Shown here: positions 12,223 to 23,210 of the stretch, piece after piece
How positions within the stretch are numbered: position 1 is the first letter of the stretch
How the letters are laid out: the number at the start of each line of letters is the position of its first letter
Made by a program: the position numbers and the translations under genes
The notes under the pieces: generated by a model
Databases searched by the model: none
Seen by the model: the letters and a program-made list of their open reading frames with translations, nothing else
Told to the model about the DNA's origin: nothing
Origin: Thecamonas trahens ATCC 50062
Taxonomy: Eukaryota > Protista > Apusomonadida
DNA: 64,000 nucleotides
Direction: 5' to 3'
Assembly: GCF_000142905.1 (NCBI RefSeq)
Contig: NW_013657676.1
Location: 62,001-126,000 of the forward strand

Positions 12223-14913
12223 TTATATCGACGGCTCAAATCCCATCCGCAGCTCACGGCGCTTGCGGGCGAGCTTGCGCTTCATCCGCGCCGACTTTTT
12301 GATGAACCGCTTGCGCTTGGGAGCAGGTCCCGAGCCCGAGCCGGATTCGTCGTCGGACGACCGCATCCGTTTGCGGGAGACGAGCTTGGCGCCCGTGCCC
12401 GGGTACAGCCGGGCGATGTTGCGCCGCAGGCTCGTGGTCTTGGCCGAGTCGCTCACAATGGCGGCCAGGATCGAACCCGACGCAGGGTACGAGTCGGTCG
12501 CCACCAGCGACTTGAAGGCCAGCAAAAAGGCCGACCGGATCTTGCCGATGGCGTACGAGCCGGAGCCGACGTCGTTCTGCGGATTGTTTGGGTCCTGGAT
12601 GCAGAGCCGGAAGAGTTCACCTGACTTGACGCGTCCGCGCGGCGCATTGCGAAAGTGTGGATGCTTGGACTTGTCAAACAGCCGACCCGAGCCCTGGGTA
12701 AAGATGCCAACGGTAAAGTAGTTGTATCGCATGCCGTACATCTCCATAAACTCTACAAGCAGGATGCCGAGGCTCGATGAGGTAGTCACCTGCGGCCGCC
12801 GGTGCTGGAGAAAGGCCACAACCATGTTAGTCAGCGCAAACGAGCCGATCCCACCGCGATACACCTCGTTCAGCTCACGCTGCGCCAGAAAGTATTTGAG
12901 AACAAGGACCAGCGGCTTGAGCGCCGGATACTGGTCGAGCTGGCCCTTGACAATGCTCAGCGCCTCGACGCCGTCTGACACGTTGAAACACACGTCAACT
13001 GCCGTCTTGGTCTCGGTATGCACCGCCTTGATGATCGGCACCTTGGCCGAGTCGATGATCTGCACAGACTCAAAGTCTGGGCACCCAAGCATGGCCTCGC
13101 CCAGCCGGTACAGCGGAAGCTCGCCGCTGCTGTCCTTGCAAAACACCACCGTGTCGATGTCCGAGGTCGGGAGGCAGAGCCCGAGCGCCACAGAGCCAAA
13201 CACCTCAAGCTGTGCTTTTCCGCCCCACACCACATCCACCAAGTCCCGCAGCTGCGAGACAACAACCGCACGCATCTCGTCTTCGCTCGGCGTCGACGAC
13301 ATGGTCATGGAAAAGTCGAGGATCTCCTCATGCAGCCGCTCAGACACGGTATCGCCCGCGTACGGCCCGCGGAACCACGACGGGCCGCTGGAGCCCGACT
13401 CGTCTTCGCTCGCATCTGCTTTCGTACCAGGCGGCGATGCTCCGCTCCCGCCCATGTCGAGCGCGATGAATCCCGAGTCGGACGACAACTCGCCGACCTC
13501 GGCGGGCGCGGCAGATGTGGCCAGTGCCATGCCTTTGCCGCCAGCCACCACCCCGCCCAGAGCACTGGCCGACTCAGGAACAGTCCCGGACGCCGACTCG
13601 GAGCCAGACGCCGACTCGGAGATTGAGCCCGACCGCAGCCCGAGCTCCGGCTGGCGGAGCGGCGTCGAGGCTGTCGTGGCTACTGCTGCCGCCGCAGCGC
13701 CCTTGGCCCGCTGGCCGAGCACTGGCGAGAAGATGTCCGAGAATGACATGCCGACTCGCGGCTCGGGCGCAGCCAAGAAGCCCATGTCTTCCAGCGTCGG
13801 CGCCTTGCCCGGCGCCTCGAGCATGTCGTCCCAGGTACGGGTCCGCACCACAGCGGGCGAACTCGTGCTTCCGGCCTTGGTTCCGGCACCGAGCGCAGCC
13901 CGGTACGCCGGCGCTGCAGCCTGATGCGTCACACTCGCCTCGTGCGCCAACAGGCCTTCGAGCCTGAACCGCACCATGCACACCTTGCATGAGACCGTGA
14001 CCAAGAGCCCGGCGTAGCTCGATCCGAGCTCAAAGGCAGAGAGGCGCGTCGTCTCATAGAGGCCGACTTCGACATCGCGCACAAACGCCGCCGCTCGTTC
14101 ACAGTGGTATGCGCTCGCCACATGCGCCTCACTCTCTGTAAGGGGCACCTCGCGTGCGTCCGGGCAGTACACGCATCGCAAAACCTTGGGCTTGCCGCTT
14201 GGCACCATGTCGTTGATCACCAGTCGCTGATCGAGGGCCACCGCCTGCGTGCTGCTCTCAGCGGTAATAGCGGGCTTGTCATCAATAGCCGTCCCAGCCC
14301 GGCTCTCCTGCTTCTTGGTCGATGCCTTGGACTTGGCGCCGGCCCGCTGGCCCTTGTTAGACCTGCTGCTGCGACCTGCGGCATTATTCGACTTGTTTGA
14401 CTTTGAGTTCTTCTTGCTCTGCCCCTTTGACGGCTTCTGCTTCTTCTTCTTCTTGGACTTGGACTTGGACTTGGACTTGGATTTGGCCTTGGTCGTGACC
14501 TCCTTCTTCCCGGCCTTTGATTTTGGGCCAGCGGAAGCCTCGCGCGCCTTGGCCATTTTTTCCTTCCTCGTCATCTTCTTGGCCGACTTGGCCGACTTGG
14601 CCGACTTGGCCGACTTGGTCGACTTGGCCGACTTGGCCGACTTGGCCTGAGCCTTCTGTTTCGCCTTTCCCTTGCCCGATCCCTTCCGTCCAGCCATACC
14701 ACCAGCCATACCATCAGTGCCATCCCCTTGGTTCTTCTTCTTCCCCTCCTTTTTGCTCTTCTTCTTGCTCTTCTTCCCCACTGTACGTATCCACGGCGCC
14801 ATCACCGAGTGAGTCCCCCCGCCCGCCCTCCACCCCTCCCCCTCCTCATCCCCTCCCACTCACACCAGTCCATCAGCACCGGCACCGACACACCATCTCA
14901 ACATACCCGCCAT
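12223..14913 (-). CDS. TRF4: Trf4/5-type non-canonical poly(A) polymerase (TENT4/PAPD5-7) with Lys-rich N-terminus and two C2H2-like fingers; 7-nt first coding exon, intron 14781-14906
   Basis: FGSVALGLCLPTSDID, AKVPIIK, LNEVYRGGIGSFAL and LCIQDPNNPQNDVGSGSY. The junction ATGGCGG|GTATGT...GACTCAC...CAG joins in frame. Confidence 0.88.
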
Positions 14914-15120
14914 GCTGACACACAACCTGTGAGAGAAGAATGGCTAAGCTGAATACTTGGGCCACCTTGCTCAAGCTAGTTGCTGCCCTCATCCTCGTCG
15001 TCATCGCCTCGCGCAGGATTGGATCCGACTCGTTCTCTCCCTCACCCTCTCTCTCTCTCTCTCTCTCTCTTCTACTGTCACCCGCCAATGCCCCCCCCCC
15101 CCCCGTCCCACCCTCCATCT

Positions 15121-15520
15121 GAGCCCATCAGGAGATCATATAGATAACATGGATACTCCCCACTCTCTTTCTGGCTTTCATCCATGTATTACATGAGCCA
15201 TGTGCTCCTGATCGTGCTCACAAAGCCTACATCTTCCCCACTATCTGTACTACCACCTCACGCTCTTCCCCCTCCCCCCTTCCCCCTCCCCTATCCCCTA
15301 TCCCCTACCCCCCTCCTTCTGAGCCCATCAGGGGAACATATAGATAACAGGGATACTCCCCACTTTCTTTCTGGCTTTCATCCATGTATTACATGAGCCA
15401 GTGGCTCCTGATTGTGTTCACAAAGCCTACATTTTCCCCCCATTTGGTAATACCACCTCACGCTCTTCCCCCTCCCCCCTTCCCCCTCCCCTATCCCCTT
15501 TCCCCTACCCCCCTACCTCC
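15121..15520. repeat. Two tandem imperfect copies of a 200-bp unit (~99-nt hairpin plus C-rich tail)
   Basis: gagcccatcagg...caaagcctaca...accacctcacgctcttccccctcc occurs at 15121 and again at 15321. Confidence 0.9.
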
Positions 15521-15722
15521 CCCCCCCCCCTCATACCCCCATTGACAACTCCGATTTTGAGCCCCCCCCCCCCCCCCCCCTCCCGATCATCCCTATGATG
15601 GAAGTCACGCCTCCCTCCGAAGAGCAACCGAGACGAGCCGGAATGGAGGGCTTGAGGGCAAAGCTGTGTGATGGCTGAACCATCCATCCATCCACTTGCA
15701 CTTCACCCCATCGGGCATCATC

Positions 15723-16988
15723 ATGAGCGACAAGGGCAAGGAAGAGGTAGTTGTCAACGAGAGCAAGGCTCAGACAGATGGGAGTGGTAATGCGGGTGAG
15801 GAGGGTTCGGACTTGGATGACTTTGGTTACAACATTCCCATGGACCCCGAGTCGGTGGCAAGGCGAGCGGCTATTGCTTCGGAGCTGCCCGACGTCGACG
15901 ACATGCCCATCTTTATGAAGGCTCTGCCGACCGATGCGGCTCATCCTGCGGCAGAGACGCTGCTTGCCCTCTCAACGCTCAAGTACGAGGGCATGTCGCC
16001 GCACGAGATCGCTGAGGAGCTGAAGAGCCAGGGCAACGAGTTCTTCCGCAAGGGCGACAAGGACTCGCTCATCCAGGCTCTCCACAAGTACGACGATGCA
16101 CTGGCGCAGGAGTCGTCCAACGCCAAGGCCAACTCGATCTACCACTCGAACCGCGCGGCATGCTTACTCAAGCTCCGCAAGTACAAGGCGACGGCAGAGG
16201 CGTGCTTCAAGGCCCTCGAGTGCAACCCGGGCAACATCAAGGCCTTCTACCGCTCGTGTAAGGCCCACTTTGCGCTTGGCGACTACGAGATGGCTCTGCG
16301 CGTCGGCCAGGCCGGTCTGCTGGCCTCGGAGGACGAGCCGGGTGGCATCAAGGCGGCCAAGGACCTGGCTGTTCTTGTCCACAAGATCGACAAGATCGCC
16401 AAGGCCAAGGCCGAGCGCGAGGCCAAGGCGGCCGCCGAGCGCGCCGAGCGTGAGGCCAAGGCTGCTGCCGAGCGCGCTGAGATCGATGCTGAGCTGGCGA
16501 CCCGCGGCGTGGTCCTTGGCGCTGCACTTTTTGAGCGGACCGATCCCACGCTCGAGACTGCGCAGATCGGCTTTGTCGACAAGACCGCCGGCTCGATGCT
16601 CCAATTCCCGGTCCTGCTCCTCTACCCGGAGTTTGGCCAGACCGACTTTATCCAGGTCTTTGGCGAGCTGGACACGTTTGGCTCGCATCTGACCGAGCTG
16701 TACCCGCCGACTGGCGCGCCGCTCCCATGGGACTCGACCAACAGCTACGTCTTTTCCACGCTGGCCATCTACGCCATGCCGTGCATGACTCCGCCGCTCG
16801 ACGAGGCTGAGGCCAAGGTCTTCCACAAGCGCGTCGCCCGCGGCATCAAACCCGTCCGCCTCGACATGTCCACCACCCTGCTGCAGGCCATTACCCTCCC
16901 TGGCTACGTCATGCCGCAGCTGCCAACCTTCCACGTCATGGTTGCTGGCTCTGCCTTTGAGAAGCAGTGGCTCGCTAACCCGCAGTGA
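15723..16988 (+). CDS. TTC4: TPR co-chaperone Cns1/TTC4
   Basis: PIFMK motif, three TPRs (LKSQGNEFF, YHSNRAAC, NIKAFYR) and the wheel-domain motif FPVLLLYPEFGQTDFI. Confidence 0.9.
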   Translation: MSDKGKEEVVVNESKAQTDGSGNAGEEGSDLDDFGYNIPMDPESVARRAAIASELPDVDDMPIFMKALPTDAAHPAAETLLALSTLKYEGMSPHEIAEELKSQGNEFFRKGDKDSLIQALHKYDDALAQESSNAKANSIYHSNRAACLLKLRKYKATAEACFKALECNPGNIKAFYRSCKAHFALGDYEMALRVGQAGLLASEDEPGGIKAAKDLAVLVHKIDKIAKAKAEREAKAAAERAEREAKAAAERAEIDAELATRGVVLGAALFERTDPTLETAQIGFVDKTAGSMLQFPVLLLYPEFGQTDFIQVFGELDTFGSHLTELYPPTGAPLPWDSTNSYVFSTLAIYAMPCMTPPLDEAEAKVFHKRVARGIKPVRLDMSTTLLQAITLPGYVMPQLPTFHVMVAGSAFEKQWLANPQ

Positions 16989-17021
16989 GCCCAGCGCGGC
17001 CTCTGCCGGCTTTTGCCCTGC

Positions 17022-18756
17022 TCACCTGTTCTCGCTGCCACTCCCGGGCAACGTCCGCGGGTCGACGTACTCTTCCGAGTAGTCGGAGCTGGCGCCATCG
17101 CCGCCGGCGCCACCAGAGCTGCTGTCGTCAACCTCGTCCTCGTCCCCGGCCTCGCCCTCGACCCCGGCCTCGTCCTCGTCCTCGTTGTCCTCCTGGTCGA
17201 GCAAGGTCTGTAACAGGTTGACGTCAAAGTCGGTAGCGGAGAGGAACTCGAACATTTGCTCATAGAGCGAGGGCATCGATGACGAGCTCATAGACCTGGG
17301 AACGTTACGCGAGAGGACACTCTCGAGTTCAGGATCGATGGTAAACCGCGGCTGATCCAGGTCCGGGCACCAGAGCTTGACGTTGTCCTCGATGCCCGCG
17401 GTGGCGAGGAGCGGATAGCCCGATGGGTGCGGCGCGATGGCGTTGATGACGTAGCGGTCAGCATGGCGGAGGACGGAGGCGAGCTCCGCCGACTTTGTCT
17501 CCCACACCATGGCGTTGCCACAGTCCGAGCCCGAGACAATGTACTGTGAGCGGTCACCAAGAAAGGCGATGCTTTTGACGGTCTCCGAGTTGCGGGCGCC
17601 AGTGTAGCGACGGAGTGTGACCGCAGCAGCCGTGTCGTCGCGGTCGGCGAGCAGATACGCGTAGTCGTCGTTGAGGGTAGCAACAACGCTTGTCCCGTTC
17701 CAGTTGTACTCGATGCATGTCGGCTCGGCCGTTGGGTCTGCATCGGCCACCACAAGCGTCCGCAGCCGCGGCGCCTCGTCGGCCTCGCGGGCCATGCGCA
17801 CATCAAAGATGTTGACAAACGGGCCCGAGCCCGAGACAGCCAGCGAGTAGCCGCCGGTCGGATCGGCCGAGATCGAGTTGATTATCGACCGGCCCGAGGT
17901 AAACGACATGATGTGTTCGGCCGAGCGGGCGCGGACGTCAAACAGCATGACCGTCCCCTGCCCTCCGCACGAAAAGACGCAACCCGGCCACGCCGGCGCC
18001 CGGCAGAGGCCATGCGCCCGCATCGGATGCTGTCCGAGCGTGCGCGACGCATTGCCCTCGCTTGCCCCCGTGCCTCGATAGCATGCACTCGGACGTACCC
18101 GTCGCCCGCCACCGTCACTACCAGCGCCTCGGACGCCTCGGGGAGGTCCAGGACCTTGAACACATTGCCGCGGTGGCCGGTGGGAATCGCAATGACCGGG
18201 GTGTCACGCGCCCCATCATCGGTGCGGCTCAGTGATTGTGGCTCCCACACCCACGGTGGAGGGGGTCGTCGTCGTCATCGTCATCGTCGTCAAGCGAGTC
18301 GTATTCGTTGTTGCTGACCTCGCCGCCACCACTCACCGCCACCTCGGCAGCACCCTCCGCCGAAGACCGAGCTCGCTCGGCCTGCATCTCGGCTCGACGT
18401 GCACGTCGACGCTCGATCCTCGTCCGCGTCCGAACGTCCAACGCGGCATACTGACCTTTCGGCGCCGAGTATCCGAACTCGGCATCGATCTCCCAGATGT
18501 GCAGCTGCGTGTCATCACCCGAGGACATCAGCCGCGATCCGTCACGAGTAAAGGCAATGGCATTGACACAGCCCGAGTGAGCGTTGATCACTCCCGAGAG
18601 CTGCAGGTACGGCACCAGCGCACGACTCGTACACCCTCTTCTACACTTGCCCGTCAGCCGAGTAGCCATGACCAAAGACGTCAAAGATGATGATGACGAC
18701 GGTGGTGACGACGAAGCGGTCCATGACCGCCATGGAGAACTCGCTCTTGCTGCCAT
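17022..18756 (-). CDS. DCAF8/DCAF6/WDTC1-like WD40 protein, split across three frames (shifts near 18250 and 18068); start at 18756 or 18669
   Basis: HSGCVNAIAF...SSGDDTQLHIW, TGHRGNVFKV, YTGARNSETVKSIAF, YIVSGSDCG, INAIAPHP and LATAGIE. Confidence 0.82.
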
Positions 18757-18988
18757 GACCAGACCAAGAGAATCAGGATGTGTGCAAAAGTGGTACCGAG
18801 TGCGGTGGTGGAATGTCTATGTCTGTGTCTATGCCCACGACTGTGACAAAGGCCGGGCTCTGGTCTTCCGTTCGACGCGTCCCGGTCTGGCCCGTCCTCC
18901 TGTCATGGAACAGGTGGTGTGTGCGAGGGGGGGGGATGTTTGTTCCGAAGTTTGCAAGGGAAAGAGGTTGCGTTCTTGAACGCTGACT

Positions 18989-19590
18989 TGTGATCGGCTG
19001 GAGGTGGGCTTGTGATCGGCTGGAGGTGGGCTTGTGATCGGCTGGAGGTGGGCTTGTGATCGGCTGGTGATGGGCTTGTGATCGTAGGGCAATCGGCTGG
19101 TGGTGGGCTGGTGGTGGGCTTGTGATCGTAGGGTGGTCGACTGGTGGTCGGCTGGTCATCGTAGGGTGATCGGCTGGTGGTGGGCTGGTGGTGGGCTTGT
19201 GATCGTAGGGTGATCGGCTGGTGGTGGGCTGGTGGTGGGCTTGTGATCGTAGGGTGGTCGACTGGTGGTCGGCTGGTCATCGTAGGGTGATCGGCTGGTG
19301 GTGGGCTGGTGGTGGGCTTGTGATCGTAGGGTGTTCGGCTGGTGGTGGGCTTGTGATCGTAGGGTGATCGGCTGGTGGTGGGCTGGTGGTGGGCTTGTGA
19401 TCGTAGGGTGGTCGACTGGTGGTCGGCTGGTCATCGTAGGGTGATCGGCTGGTGGTGGGCTGGTGGTGGGCTTGTGATCGTAGGGTGTTCGGCTGGTGGT
19501 GGGCTTGTGATCGTAGGGTGATCGGCTGGTGGTGGGCTGGTGGTGGGCTTGTGATCGTAGGGTGTTCGGCTGGTGGTCGGCTGGTGGTCT
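18989..19590. repeat. 11-bp minisatellite, about 55 units with higher-order structure
   Basis: Parses into 11-mers such as ggtggtgggct, tgtgatcgtag, ggtgatcggct, ggtggtcgact and ggtcatcgtag. Confidence 0.93.
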
Positions 19591-19703
19591 TGGCAGCAGA
19601 GCGAGCAGTGCCACCACCACCACCACCACCACCACCACCACCGCGAGCATTCACGTCAGCTGGACACCCCTCTGTCTCTCGCTCTGGAATATATACCTGC
19701 AGT

Positions 19704-20501
19704 ATGGAGTGGGTGCGGTACCCTGTGCGTGTGGCACCTGAGGATGTTTGGAGCAACTATGGAGCGGTAGCGATGAGCGCAGGCGGGCTGTGGTTTCCGC
19801 TCCACACGATGCTGTATATGCTGCTGTCGGTAGTGCTGGGAAAGAGCTGGATCAAGATGAACAAGGTGGAGAAGAACAAGTTTACCTGCACGACTATGTC
19901 GAGTGTGCATGCGGTTGTCCTCATGATCTACGCTGTTGATGCGGTGCTCGATGGATGGTCTCGCCATGGCTCCATCATGTGGCACTCGGCAGAGGCCTAC
20001 GCCGGCGACATCGCCTTTCTCACGCAGTTTACTGCCGGCTACTTTCTGCATGACACATTCAATCAGCTCTACTACAACTGGGGCACGTCTGGTGTTCGGG
20101 ACATGCTCGCTCATCACGGGTTCTTCCTCTCTGGCTGCGCCCTGCTTCTCTTCTATCGCGTCGGCGCATGGCTGCCGATGCTCTGGTCGCTGACCGAGAT
20201 CTCGACTCCGTTCATCAACTTGAGAGTCTTGCTGAGCCTCATCGGCTTCAAGGACCACCCAGTGTACATGTACAATGGACTGGCTATCCTGCTGACGTTT
20301 ACTGGCCGCGTCGCCGTCTCGCTCTACATTGTCTACCTCCTCGCGACAAAAGCGACGGAGCTCCGCGCCGCCGCGCCGGTCCTCTTCTACGCCCAGACCG
20401 CGGCGTCGTTCCTCATGACGGGTCTCAATCTCACATGGTACTCGAAGATCTGCTCCATGTCATACTATCGGGTGTTCGGCAGCAAGTCCAAGTCGGAGTA
20501 A
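19704..20501 (+). CDS. TLC (TRAM/LAG1/CLN8) domain membrane protein, TMEM56/TLCD-like
   Basis: SSVHA, GYFLHD, MLAHH, EISTPFINLR, NGL and LNLTWYSKI, with multiple transmembrane helices. Confidence 0.9.
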   Translation: MEWVRYPVRVAPEDVWSNYGAVAMSAGGLWFPLHTMLYMLLSVVLGKSWIKMNKVEKNKFTCTTMSSVHAVVLMIYAVDAVLDGWSRHGSIMWHSAEAYAGDIAFLTQFTAGYFLHDTFNQLYYNWGTSGVRDMLAHHGFFLSGCALLLFYRVGAWLPMLWSLTEISTPFINLRVLLSLIGFKDHPVYMYNGLAILLTFTGRVAVSLYIVYLLATKATELRAAAPVLFYAQTAASFLMTGLNLTWYSKICSMSYYRVFGSKSKSE

Positions 20502-20537
20502 ACGAGGCAATGAACGAGGCTGATTCATAGTTGTTAT

Positions 20538-22369
20538 TTACTCGGGTATCACCAGCGACTTGTAGTACGCGTCCGAGTCTGTAACGTCGCCCTGGCGGGT
20601 CCACTCGGTGATGGGCAGGGCGTGCTCAGCGTAGTACTTGTGGTTCGGCGACATCTTGTCCTTTGCCAGTGGCGCGTACCACCCGAGATGGGTGACCCAG
20701 TACGGAGCGTGGACGCGGGCACCGCCCTGGAGGCGGGCAAAGGCAAAGTCGGCCCGGTACATGCCAAAGGTGGTGTCGACAAGGACTGGGTATGAGTACG
20801 CGACTCGCAGCGAGTCTATCTCGACAGTCTGGGGTGCCTTGGCCCAAAACTGGACCTCGTGGCCCTGGATGTACGCCGACCGGTACGAGGCCGGCAGATT
20901 GTCGATGCGGAGAGCCGGCGCCACAACCTTGCACTCCTCGGGAGGCAGTGAGAGAAGGATGTGGCGAAGGACAAAGAGGACGTTGCTCGGGGTCTCAGCG
21001 TCAAAGACTAGGTCTGGGTCCGTCACCACGTACACATCCGACGGATTCTTGTACTCTTCCCACGCCCGGAGCTTGGCCCACTGCATGTACTCGGTGATGG
21101 TGCCCGAGACGCGGTTGAGGACAAACGAAGCGCGGCCGTCGATGTTGGATGGGTCGTCCTTGATGAACGCGGCAAGATCGGCATCGACCTCGCCGTCGCG
21201 CACCACGTACACTGGTGCGCTGAGCGAGACCAGCGCCAGAAGTTCGCTACCAGACTCTTCGCACAGGGTCTTGGGGTGCGCACCGGGCGCCATAGCCGAT
21301 GCACACACCGCGTCGGCAAGCTCGATACAGTCCGAGTCGCCGCCCGGGTTGTCGCGCTCTAGACACTGCAGCAGCTTCACTCCGAGCGGCGCCGTTGTTG
21401 CCATGTCATGGACCACCACAGTGTAGCCTCGTCCCGCCGTCGCCCGCGCCAGCGATGCCAGCGACCGCAGAAGCTCCAGTGGCCGGTCGCGGTGGATGTA
21501 GAAGATGGGAATCTCGCCGCGGCCCCAGTTGGCGCCGTCGAGGTCGCGCTTGTCCGGATATTGCCATGCATCGTCGATCGCTGGTATGTGTGCGTCTTCG
21601 AGCGCCGGTGCAAGATTGAGTCGTAGGTGGGTCATGACCGGATCCTTGAGCAGCGTCCCCTCACACGTCGGGCATACCAGGATCGGACACGTCGGCTCCA
21701 CGTACACCGTCTTGAGCTCTTCGGCCACCGGCGGCCCAGGCGGCGGGTTCACCAGCGGCGGGCGGACCGGACTTGGATGGCTTGCCGGCGGCCGCGGATG
21801 CGATGCCACTGGTGGCCGCGCCTTGCCCGATGGCGACGGGCACGATGGCGGCGGACACTTGGCTGTCGGGCACTCGAGCTTGCGCGGCAGCGGCGGGCGG
21901 GTGGCCGGCAAATGATGATCAAGCGGCTCGCAGCTCACACTTAACACCGACGACGTGATCATTGCCAACGCCACTCCGATCCCCATCCCCAGCACTAGCA
22001 TCATCATTGGGCGACGAGTCAGAGCAGCCAGTCCAGAGCCACCAGCGCCACCAGCGCCGCCACCTCCCCCGCCACCTCCACGACGTCTCCCTTGCCCGGC
22101 CTCCATTGCTTGCCCCGAACCAACTTCAGGATCCCCAGCTCTGTAGCTGCCACGCCCACGCATGTTTGCACTTGACCCTGTGTAGAAGATTGGGAGAGGT
22201 GGTGGTGAAAGGGGGTTCGAGGTGAAAAGGGGGTGGTCTTGGTGCTGCCCGACGAGCGGCGAGCGGCCGACGAGCGGTGAGTGGCCGGCAACCGGCGAGC
22301 GGCCGACGAGCGGTGAGTGGCCGGCAACCGGCGAGCGGCCGACCAGACGGACCTACGGCCTCTGGGCAT
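20538..22369 (-). CDS. Type II membrane glycosyltransferase (GT-A fold, GT2-like); probable first exon 22357-22369 with intron 22178-22356
   Basis: N-terminal TM helix and Pro/Cys-rich stem, then IPIFYIHRDR, VVVHD, DxD in YVVTDPDL, ALRIDNLP, VDTTFGMYR and HLGWY. A GTAGGT...CAG intron joins MPRG in frame to the ATG at 22163. Confidence 0.75.
22250..22345. repeat. About 2.5 copies of a 36-bp GC-rich unit inside the predicted glycosyltransferase intron
   Basis: ggcgagcggccgacgagcggtgagtggccggcaacc is repeated in tandem. Confidence 0.8.
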
Positions 22370-22446
22370 GGTGACACTGGCTCTGGTTACTTGACTTTCT
22401 CAAGACGGTGTTTTCGTGGTGACTGGGAAGAGTAGCGGTGAAAGAT

Positions 22447-22570
22447 ATGAAACTATCTCACCTTCCAGATCATGTCCTTCAGCGTATTGCCACAGAGGGC
22501 TTTGCCGGTGGCCTTGTCTATGACCCACCTGCCCAAGCACTTGCTGCCGCTATTCTCCGCGCACGCTCAC
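22447..22570 (+). CDS. First exon with F-box-like start (MKLSHLPDHVLQRIA) followed by a GTACG donor running into the gap; possibly the 5' end of the PDE gene
   Basis: LxxLPxxVLxxI pattern and a donor matching the other introns at 22571. Confidence 0.45.
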
Positions 22571-22575
22571 GTACG

Positions 22576-23210
22576 NNNNNNNNNNNNNNNNNNNNNNNNN
22601 NNNNNNNNNNNNNNNNNNNNNNNNNNNNNNNNNNNNNNNNNNNNNNNNNNNNNNNNNNNNNNNNNNNNNNNNNNNNNNNNNNNNNNNNNNNNNNNNNNNN
22701 NNNNNNNNNNNNNNNNNNNNNNNNNNNNNNNNNNNNNNNNNNNNNNNNNNNNNNNNNNNNNNNNNNNNNNNNNNNNNNNNNNNNNNNNNNNNNNNNNNNN
22801 NNNNNNNNNNNNNNNNNNNNNNNNNNNNNNNNNNNNNNNNNNNNNNNNNNNNNNNNNNNNNNNNNNNNNNNNNNNNNNNNNNNNNNNNNNNNNNNNNNNN
22901 NNNNNNNNNNNNNNNNNNNNNNNNNNNNNNNNNNNNNNNNNNNNNNNNNNNNNNNNNNNNNNNNNNNNNNNNNNNNNNNNNNNNNNNNNNNNNNNNNNNN
23001 NNNNNNNNNNNNNNNNNNNNNNNNNNNNNNNNNNNNNNNNNNNNNNNNNNNNNNNNNNNNNNNNNNNNNNNNNNNNNNNNNNNNNNNNNNNNNNNNNNNN
23101 NNNNNNNNNNNNNNNNNNNNNNNNNNNNNNNNNNNNNNNNNNNNNNNNNNNNNNNNNNNNNNNNNNNNNNNNNNNNNNNNNNNNNNNNNNNNNNNNNNNN
23201 NNNNNNNNNN
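22576..23210. other. Assembly gap
   Basis: Run of N. Confidence 1.

Noticed and set aside
14940-15122. 60-aa ORF with a hydrophobic N-terminus
   Set aside because: It runs into a CT microsatellite and poly-C, and has no homology support.
15121-15422. SECIS element or canonical H/ACA snoRNA
   Set aside because: It is not in a 3'UTR, no neighbouring gene has an in-frame UGA, and no AUGA/GA quartet geometry is evident. It has a single hairpin, and the pocket-to-ACA spacing is non-canonical.
17022-18756. DCAF-like gene as a pseudogene
   Set aside because: Motifs are intact and both breaks are single-base losses in homopolymers, as elsewhere in the window.
18989-19590. CRISPR array or telomeric repeat
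   Set aside because: No unique spacers, no cas genes and a eukaryotic context. TAGGG occurs, but not as tandem TTAGGG.
18773-19756. Pro/His/Thr-rich ORFs (TSPPPAHHQP...) on the minus strand
   Set aside because: These are translations of the 11-bp minisatellite. The period is not a multiple of 3 and stops recur in all frames.
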